Source: an uncultured Clostridia bacterium (GTDB lineage Bacteria; Bacillota; Clostridia; TANB77; CAG-465). From it: a DNA stretch of 64,000 nucleotides. The notes beneath the pieces are model-generated. The model saw nothing but the letters and a program-made list of their open reading frames with translations, was not told the DNA's origin and did not search any database. The DNA is taken from the NCBI GenBank assembly GCA_948562205.1, contig CAOYAN010000008.1, forward strand, positions 1,453 to 65,452, in the 5' to 3' direction. The translations under genes and the position numbers were made by a program. Positions 57,717 to 64,000 of this stretch are shown in pieces; positions within the stretch are counted from its first letter, which is position 1; the number at the start of each line of letters is the position of its first letter.

Positions 57717-58722
57717 TTAGTTTATTCTATTATTATCATTTAACCATTTAATAGTATCTTTTATTGTATCTTTTAAATTTCTATTGTTAAACCCAAGTTC
57801 TAGTTTTGCTTTTTTATTAGAAAAATTTGAATTTGAAGTTAGTGTATATAATGAATATTTAGTATATAAAGGTGGCTGCTTTAAAATAGCATAATATGCT
57901 TCTGATAAAGGAGCAGTAAATTTTGCAAAAAACATAGGAAGCACATTTTTTATTTTTTTAATATTTGCAACATCACTTACTATATCAAGTAATTCTTTAA
58001 TTTCTACATATCTATTAGAGAGTATATAACAATTTCCCCTCTTACCATTAAAACAAGCACTAATAACTCCATCAGCTACATCTCTAACATCAACAAAGTC
58101 ATAACCACCTTTTACGCAAGCTCTCAGTCTTCCATTTACAAAATCTACAATTAGTTGTGTTAAATGAGTATTAGAAAAGTCATTTGGTCCAATAATTCCA
58201 GATGGATGTAAAATGCATGCATCTAGATTTTTCTGTTTAACCATATTTAAAACATATCTTGCTGTTATTGCTTTTGTTTTTTGCATACTCACCTACAACT
58301 TTATTTTCATCAAAATCCGTTATTTCAGATATTACTTGGTTATCTGGCTTTTCTGTTAAAGCATGTACACTACTAACATAAACAAGTTTTGCTTTTTTCT
58401 CTAACACCTTTGTTATAATATTTTTGGTACCATTAACATTAACATCATATACTTTATCATCATATTTTGACTTTATATATACAATTGCAGCACAATGAAT
58501 TACATATAATTTAGCATCTTCCTCAACTGAAAAAATTTGGTTTAATGTCTCAATTTTTGTAACATCTCCCTCATAGATTTTACAATTTAAATTACTAAGT
58601 ATATTATTACTATTTGGAAGTATCAAAGCACGAACTTCATTATCAGGATTTTTAACTAATTTTCTTACAATATTATTTCCTAAAAAACCATTAGCACCTG
58701 TTACGATAAATATATTTTTCAA
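57717..58722 (-). pseudogene. NAD-dependent epimerase/dehydratase split by a frameshift in an A6 run
   Basis: N-terminal ORF has TGANGFLGNNIV (Rossmann) and ends ...GEYAKNKSNNSKICFKYG*. The overlapping ORF reads ...QKTKAITARYVL.... Removing one A from the run at 58277-58282 gives GEYAKTKAITARYVL (YxxxK). The 1006-nt span is not a multiple of 3. Confidence 0.75.
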
Positions 58723-58845
58723 AATAACACCTCTTATTGATTTTATTATCTATTTACTATATATTATCATAAATAAAGACTACTTTCAATTCTTAATATA
58801 ACTTTTTCTGTAATATCAACTCACTCTCAAATTATAATTTAGCAA

Positions 58846-59265
58846 TTACTTAATATCAAAACTTTCCGTTTTCAAATCACAATAATATCTACCACTTGTT
58901 GCAGTAAATTTTAAAACACAATAATCTGGATCGGTTACACCTTTTTTATAAAACATTGTATCTCCCTTTTTCCAAATCATATTTTTAATTTCTTGATCTG
59001 TTAGGACTTCCATTTTTCCTTTTAGCATAACACCAACATACTTAATTAGTCCTTTGTGATAAAAATAAATACTAGCATTTGGATTACTTTTATATTGATT
59101 AACTCTCATAGCTGAAGTGTTAGTAGAAAAGTAAAATTCTTCTAAACCGTTTCTTTTTCTAGGTTTTAACATTGCTTTTACATTAGGATAGTTTTCATCA
59201 TCAATAGAACATATAAAACTAACTTTTTGCTTACCAATAAACTTTTCTATTTTCTTTAAATCCAT
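58846..59265 (-). CDS. pyridoxamine 5'-phosphate oxidase-like (FMN-binding split barrel) protein
   Basis: 139 aa. Pattern resembles the PNPOx / general stress protein 26 family. Family level only. Confidence 0.55.
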   Translation of the reverse strand: MDLKKIEKFIGKQKVSFICSIDDENYPNVKAMLKPRKRNGLEEFYFSTNTSAMRVNQYKSNPNASIYFYHKGLIKYVGVMLKGKMEVLTDQEIKNMIWKKGDTMFYKKGVTDPDYCVLKFTATSGRYYCDLKTESFDIK

Positions 59266-59293
59266 AAAACTTCATCTCACTTTCAAATTACTT

Positions 59294-60010
59294 TTATTGG
59301 TTAATTTTATAGTCAATATTTGCTAGTTTTGCTTGTTTACACAAATCTTTTGTTTGTATTTTATATTTTTTTCCATCTTTTATTGTATAAGTTCCACATT
59401 GTCTAAATTCAAAATTAACATTTTTTCTTATACATTGTTCTCTAATATTTAATACCCAGTCATAATTAAGCTCCCTAGCATTTACATCAGATTCTCCACC
59501 CACTACAACTAATTCAATATCATCAAGATATTTTTCAATATTTATTTTTGCTAACAATGGCTGTGCTGTTATACATTTATGTTTTATTGGTAACTCTTTA
59601 AAAATTGATAATTTATAATCTGCATTTTTTTGATTTTCAATAGTACAACATACAACTACATTATCATATCCATTATTCCAGTCATTTGGAATACATTTTG
59701 CAAATCTATCAATTCTTTTTGTTAAAAATAAAAAAGTACAATCTTGTCTTTCTTTAATCATCTTCCAACAATCATTTCTCCACTCATCTGCTTCCTCAAT
59801 TAGAAAATCAGTAGAAAAACATACATAAACAATTCCAGATTTTATCTTGTAATTACCATTTTTTAATTTTTCTATTGGTTTATCAAAATCTTTTGTTTTT
59901 ACAATTTCATTTGTATTGACATTTCTTTTAATATCTCCTTTATGAATATAGCAATGTAAACATCCATCACTACATTTTTTACACCCTCGCCACGGATTCC
60001 ACATTGCCAT
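59294..60010 (-). CDS. DUF5131 (phage Gp37/Gp68 family) protein
   Basis: N-terminal WNPWRGCKKCSDGCLHCY matches the WNP..GC...S.GC..CY signature of the family. 238 aa. Confidence 0.7.
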   Translation of the reverse strand: MAMWNPWRGCKKCSDGCLHCYIHKGDIKRNVNTNEIVKTKDFDKPIEKLKNGNYKIKSGIVYVCFSTDFLIEEADEWRNDCWKMIKERQDCTFLFLTKRIDRFAKCIPNDWNNGYDNVVVCCTIENQKNADYKLSIFKELPIKHKCITAQPLLAKINIEKYLDDIELVVVGGESDVNARELNYDWVLNIREQCIRKNVNFEFRQCGTYTIKDGKKYKIQTKDLCKQAKLANIDYKINQ

Positions 60011-60041
60011 ATAATCACACTCCTAATATAATATATATAAA

Positions 60042-60993
60042 CTAATCATTACTCAAAAAATTCATTACTAAATCTATAATTACATCCTTTTCTTTTGGAT
60101 TTGATTCTGCTATTAATAATGTTAATGCTGTTAAAGTATTATTATCTATAGTTGTTTACCATTCTTATACAAAATACAATAGAAGTTTAAAAAGTAAATA
60201 AATAGTGTTGCAGCAATTCTCTTATTTCCATCTGCAAAAACATGATTTTTTACTATTAAATATAAGAAATTTGCACCCTTTTCTTCAATACTTTTATAAA
60301 TATCTTATCCACCAAAGCTTTGATAAATATTACCTATAATTGACTCTAATCCTTTATCTCTTTCCAGTGCAAATAGCGAACTTTCTTAATTAAATCTTAA
60401 CCTATTTATAACTTCTATACATTCTCTGTATTCAATTTTTCTTTCATCAGTATTGCCATTTATTTTCTTTAATGTTCTATGATCATAGTCATCTAGTAAA
60501 TTAAGAGCTTTTGAATAATCTCCAATTACTTTTAATATCTCTTTTGCATCATTTCCTTCTAGTCTATCATCTATTCTATTTGCTATATCAATAAGTTGTA
60601 TTGTTTTTTCTAAATACTCTAATCTTTTATGATTTACTGCATACCTTTTTAACATATAATCTTTTAAGATTTTATTGGCCCATCTCCTAAAGATAATACC
60701 TTTGTTTGATTTTACTCGATATCCAATGCTTAATATCATATCTAAATTATAATATTCAACTTGATAAGTTTTTCCACTGAAGCAGTTGTCGCAAATTTTG
60801 CGACAACTGAATTATCTTCTTTTAATTCTTCACTTAAAGAATTACTTATATGTTTACCAATTGTCTTTATATCTCTATCAAATAATTTTGCTAATTGTTA
60901 TCTATTTAACCACACAGTTTCGTCTTTTAAGTTTACCTCTAATTTTACCTCTTGATTTTCAAATAATATAATTTCATTCTTTTTTTGATCCAT
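60042..60993 (-). pseudogene. RhuM-Fic/DOC family gene with at least five disruptions
   Basis: Own translation. N-terminal part: MDQKKNEIILFENQEVKLEVNLKDETVWLNR*QLAKLFDRDIKTIGKHI...VVAKFATTA, then frameshift, then GKTYQVEYYNLDMILSIGYRVKS...RLRFN*. C-terminal part: ...SFGG*...HVFADGNKRIAATLF (Doc motif)...GKQL, then frameshift, then ...IDLVMNFLSND*. Confidence 0.75.
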
Positions 60994-61245
60994 GAGAACA
61001 CATCCTTTTTGATAAATTTTAGTTCTTATTACTACATATATTCCTTAATTTATATAATTCAGTACTAGAACCCTTGTTCGTCTTTTACATCATTTTTGTT
61101 CAGTTGTCAACTAATTTGGTAAAAAATGTAAAATGGATTACAAACTTTCATAATAAAGTATTAGTAAATAGTAAATTCTATTTATAAATAAAATTTTATA
61201 TCTTCATTAAATTCAGACTACCGATTTAGTTCTCATTGTTTTATC

Positions 61246-61428
61246 TTAATTTTTATCTTTATTTAAATGTGTAAACGATAAACATAAAAATGAAATACCT
61301 AAACATAAAAACATTACTGCTGTACCTGTATTCTTATCTATAAAATTTAATATAGATGCTATAAAATATATTATTGAAGCTGTTAGAAATCCTACAAAAC
61401 TTATTTTCTCCTTTTGTTCTTTTTTCAT
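61246..61428 (-). CDS. small two-TM membrane protein
   Basis: 60 aa. GAGGAGGAG RBS and two hydrophobic helices. Confidence 0.55.
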   Translation of the reverse strand: MKKEQKEKISFVGFLTASIIYFIASILNFIDKNTGTAVMFLCLGISFLCLSFTHLNKDKN

Positions 61429-61476
61429 TTTCTCTCCTCCTCTGCAAGTTACTCTTTTTAACTAATTTAAAAAAAT

Positions 61477-61791
61477 TTACATTTTATTTTCTATTAAATC
61501 TGTATAATACAAAATTTCTTTGTTTAATGATTTGGCATATTCAATTTCACTATTTGTACTATTTCCTATATATCCATTAACATTTACAACTAATATAGCA
61601 TCAGATAATTTTATCTTTTCTTTATGCATTTTACCGATTGTTAAAGCTTCATCTTCTGTATAGGTCTCTTTATTTTCTCTTGATAATTCAATGGGTGTTA
61701 GCATACAGTTGCCTTCTAAAGTCATTTTTTCTGTTATTTCCATCATTTCCTTTTTAAATTTATAACTTCCACATACCGTTATTACTCTCAT
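61477..61791 (-). CDS. nucleoside 2-deoxyribosyltransferase-like / DUF4406-like protein
   Basis: ATG at 61791 after a GGAGG RBS. MRVITVCGSYKF... and SDAILVVNVNGYIGNSTNSEIEYAKSLNK resemble the Rossmann-like NDT-family pattern. Weak assignment. Confidence 0.4.
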   Translation of the reverse strand: MRVITVCGSYKFKKEMMEITEKMTLEGNCMLTPIELSRENKETYTEDEALTIGKMHKEKIKLSDAILVVNVNGYIGNSTNSEIEYAKSLNKEILYYTDLIENKM

Positions 61792-61860
61792 TTTAATCCT
61801 CCATTTATTAAGTATTATTTCTTTTAATGTGTTTTTTAAATTTATCACTACTAAAATTAA

Positions 61861-62181
61861 TTATTTTTGGTATTTTTCAGGAGCTATTGATATATCTCTT
61901 ATCATATCACCATTTATTATACGTACTTTGTTTTTCTCTTCAACTTTTATCCAATTATCTTGAACATCAACTATTTTTCCCTGTACTCCAAATGAGTCAT
62001 TAAATAGTGCTATTATACACACTTTTCCCATAAATTCCTCTAATAATTCTTTTGGCATAATTCTTTTCATTCCTTTCTTTTTTCTTTTAATAACTCCCAA
62101 ATAATATCTATTTTTTCTAGGAATTATAACACAAAATAAAATTATAATTATAACAAATATCCAATAATTAATAAGTACCAT
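61861..62181 (-). CDS. hypothetical protein (start uncertain)
   Basis: 106-aa ORF. No candidate start has a well-spaced RBS. The soluble C-terminal part begins MPKELLEEFMGKVCIIAL. Confidence 0.4.
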   Translation of the reverse strand: MVLINYWIFVIIIILFCVIIPRKNRYYLGVIKRKKKGMKRIMPKELLEEFMGKVCIIALFNDSFGVQGKIVDVQDNWIKVEEKNKVRIINGDMIRDISIAPEKYQK

Positions 62182-62188
62182 CTCCTAC

Positions 62189-62665
62189 TTAATATATTAC
62201 TCTATCTTCTTTATTCATAAATTCATTAAACTCTTTTATTGTTTCTTCTCTATCAATACATTTTAATTTAAGAATATTCTCATCTTGTATATTTTTAGAT
62301 AAATTATTTATATATTCATAAATAAAATCATCTCTAAAACCTATATTTTTAGCGTCCTCTTTAGTATTTCCATAATATACCTTCTTTATATTAGACCATA
62401 TAATAGCTGAAAGACACATAGGACATGGATAACAAGACGTATAAAGTTCACACTCACTCAAATCATATGAAGAAATGTTTTTACAAGCATCTCTTATCGC
62501 CATTACCTCTGCATGAGCTGTTGGATCATTAGTTGATAAAACTTGATTTTTTCCTCTGCCAATTATTTCACCATTTCTAACAATACAAGCACCAAAAGGC
62601 CCCCCCTCATTGGTTTTTAAATTATCCTCTGCTAAATCTTTTGCTACTTTCATAAATTCGTTCAT
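62189..62665 (-). CDS. guanine deaminase-type CDA-fold zinc deaminase
   Basis: GGPFGACIV..., DPTAHAEVMAIR (HAE) and SCYPCPMCLSAI (PCxxC). Length and C-terminal FIYEYI block resemble B. subtilis GuaD as I remember it. Confidence 0.75.
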   Translation of the reverse strand: MNEFMKVAKDLAEDNLKTNEGGPFGACIVRNGEIIGRGKNQVLSTNDPTAHAEVMAIRDACKNISSYDLSECELYTSCYPCPMCLSAIIWSNIKKVYYGNTKEDAKNIGFRDDFIYEYINNLSKNIQDENILKLKCIDREETIKEFNEFMNKEDRVIY

Positions 62666-62686
62666 ATTTTTCCTCCATTCTACTCT

Positions 62687-63391
62687 TTAAGTCAAATCTA
62701 CAACATTTTCGGTTATACTTTCTATATCTACTAAATATCTTTTCTTATTTTTTAAATCTATATATACTATAAAATTTTCTATATTTCTCTCATTTATAAT
62801 ATTTTCAGGATTTATCCATATATTTTTACTTTTAAAAATATACTTTTTACCATCTTCAATATTATTCCATTCACATATAATATTATATGGATGTCTTCCA
62901 TTTACAGAATATGAAGTATTAAGTACAGTTTCTATATAATTTGCATGTATTATATCTCCATTTTTTCTTAAATATTTTTCCATTCTTTTTTTACTTATAT
63001 TTACTACTATGCCAGTTCCACCAATTATAACAAATATTGCTCCAAGCCCTGGAAATATCAAAAATACATAGTCTAATGATTTTACACCTATTTTATTTGG
63101 ATTATCTATATCATAGTATATATCAATTTCTTTTCCAACGTAAAAACTTGATGAATAAGAATTAAGTATAGACTCATATTCTTTATCATTAGCATTATAT
63201 TTTACTAAAACTTTATGTGTTGTATCTCTATTACTTCTATGAGAGTAAATATCTACAATAGTCCCAATAGTATCAACTTTATTTTCATAATTAAAAACAT
63301 TTATACCAATAATTATCCCAACTATAACAAATATTAAGCCAATACTAAAAAATATTCCCCATATTAAATTAATTAAATTTTCACTTTTCAT
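62687..63391 (-). CDS. DUF3592-like membrane protein
   Basis: 234 aa. TM helix, beta-rich domain, TM helix, second beta-rich domain. This layout is typical of DUF3592 proteins. Family level only. Confidence 0.5.
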   Translation of the reverse strand: MKSENLINLIWGIFFSIGLIFVIVGIIIGINVFNYENKVDTIGTIVDIYSHRSNRDTTHKVLVKYNANDKEYESILNSYSSSFYVGKEIDIYYDIDNPNKIGVKSLDYVFLIFPGLGAIFVIIGGTGIVVNISKKRMEKYLRKNGDIIHANYIETVLNTSYSVNGRHPYNIICEWNNIEDGKKYIFKSKNIWINPENIINERNIENFIVYIDLKNKKRYLVDIESITENVVDLT

Positions 63392-63509
63392 TTTAATTCT
63401 CCATATTAATTATAATAATTTATATTTTCCTAAAAAATTATCATAAAAAATTATTAAATTTTTTTCAAGTTATTTTTATATACAAAAATAACTTTTAACT
63501 AACTTTATA

Positions 63510-64000
63510 TTATCTCAAACTATCTTTTATTCCATCTTCCATATTAATTCTTGTTGGAATTATATATTTTGCACCAACTTTATGTGATACTAAATTAGTA
63601 ATTACCTTCATTGCTCTTGATCCATCAAACCATAATGGATTATCACTATTTTCTCTTATTCTATCTAAAGAAGTAACAAGTGCATCTCTATCATATTTAT
63701 CACTTTTACTTATATCTATCATATATTCTTGTTTTGGATGAGCATATAACATATTTTTTGATAGCTCATATTCTGCATTATTATACCAATATATATGGTC
63801 ACCACCTGCAAGTATCAAAAGTTCAGCTTTCATATCTATATCTCCTGTTAGTTTATCAATATATTCATATACTTCATCAAACGTACAATCTGGTACATCA
63901 TTTTTAAGGCTTGCAAATTTTTTTGTTACATCTACAACACCAAAATCATAGTATTTTTTATAAATAACTTTACCATTATTTACAAATATAAGTTCGATGG
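63510..64000 (-). CDS. hypothetical protein, N-terminus outside the window
   Basis: I checked that the minus-strand frame of ORF 63510..63833 stays open upstream to base 64000 (...IELIFVNNGKVIYKKYYDFGVVDVTKKFASLKNDVPDCTFDEVYEYIDKLTGDIDMKAELLILAGG...). Confidence 0.5.
   Translation of the reverse strand, partial: IELIFVNNGKVIYKKYYDFGVVDVTKKFASLKNDVPDCTFDEVYEYIDKLTGDIDMKAELLILAGGDHIYWYNNAEYELSKNMLYAHPKQEYMIDISKSDKYDRDALVTSLDRIRENSDNPLWFDGSRAMKVITNLVSHKVGAKYIIPTRINMEDGIKDSLR

Noticed and set aside
60761-60971. Two overlapping plus-strand ORFs of 61-64 aa.
   Set aside because: They lie antisense to the N-terminal part of the RhuM-Fic/DOC pseudogene, whose minus-strand translation is clearly homologous to RhuM.

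Overview
Very AT-rich window (GC not computed, by eye well under 35%) from an endospore-forming, Clostridia-like Firmicute; I cannot name the species. About 90% of the genes are on the minus strand.

The left two thirds (1-43.4 kb) are conserved housekeeping and sporulation genes:
- ctsR-mcsA-mcsB-clpC with a textbook CtsR box
- dnaG-rpoD
- trxA and a rhodanese
- a Ca-type P-type ATPase
- gpr, holA, trmFO, topA, spoIIP
- spoVAC-spoVAD-spoVAEb
- CotF-like genes, mrnC
- groES-groEL with CIRCE
- scpA, deoD, recX, and recA with a LexA box
- an HD-EAL protein
- rplM-rpsI

Three small accessory insertions interrupt this core:
- a KilA-N / histidine phosphatase / frameshifted SEC-C block between trmFO and topA
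- an orphan receiver-like gene
- an orphan DUF3800 gene in an AT-rich islet, next to a GC-rich branched RNA-like structure

The right third (43.4-64 kb) is accessory and visibly decaying. It holds five GNAT acetyltransferases, a WYL/YafY regulator with a GyrI-like partner, an SPL-like radical SAM enzyme, a peptide-resistance-type TCS/ABC module, DUF5131, and a guanine deaminase cluster. I found seven disrupted genes there by hand translation:
- a ParE/RelE toxin scar between duplicated terminators
- a frameshifted secreted protein
- a GIY-YIG gene with a TGG-to-TAG change
- a Cys-rich paralog relic
- DUF4180
- an epimerase broken in an A6 run
- a multiply hit RhuM-Fic/DOC gene

I saw no rRNA, tRNA, CRISPR array, transposase or integrase. 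I did not recognise any complete known defence system. The candidates for something new are modest and are flagged as inference.
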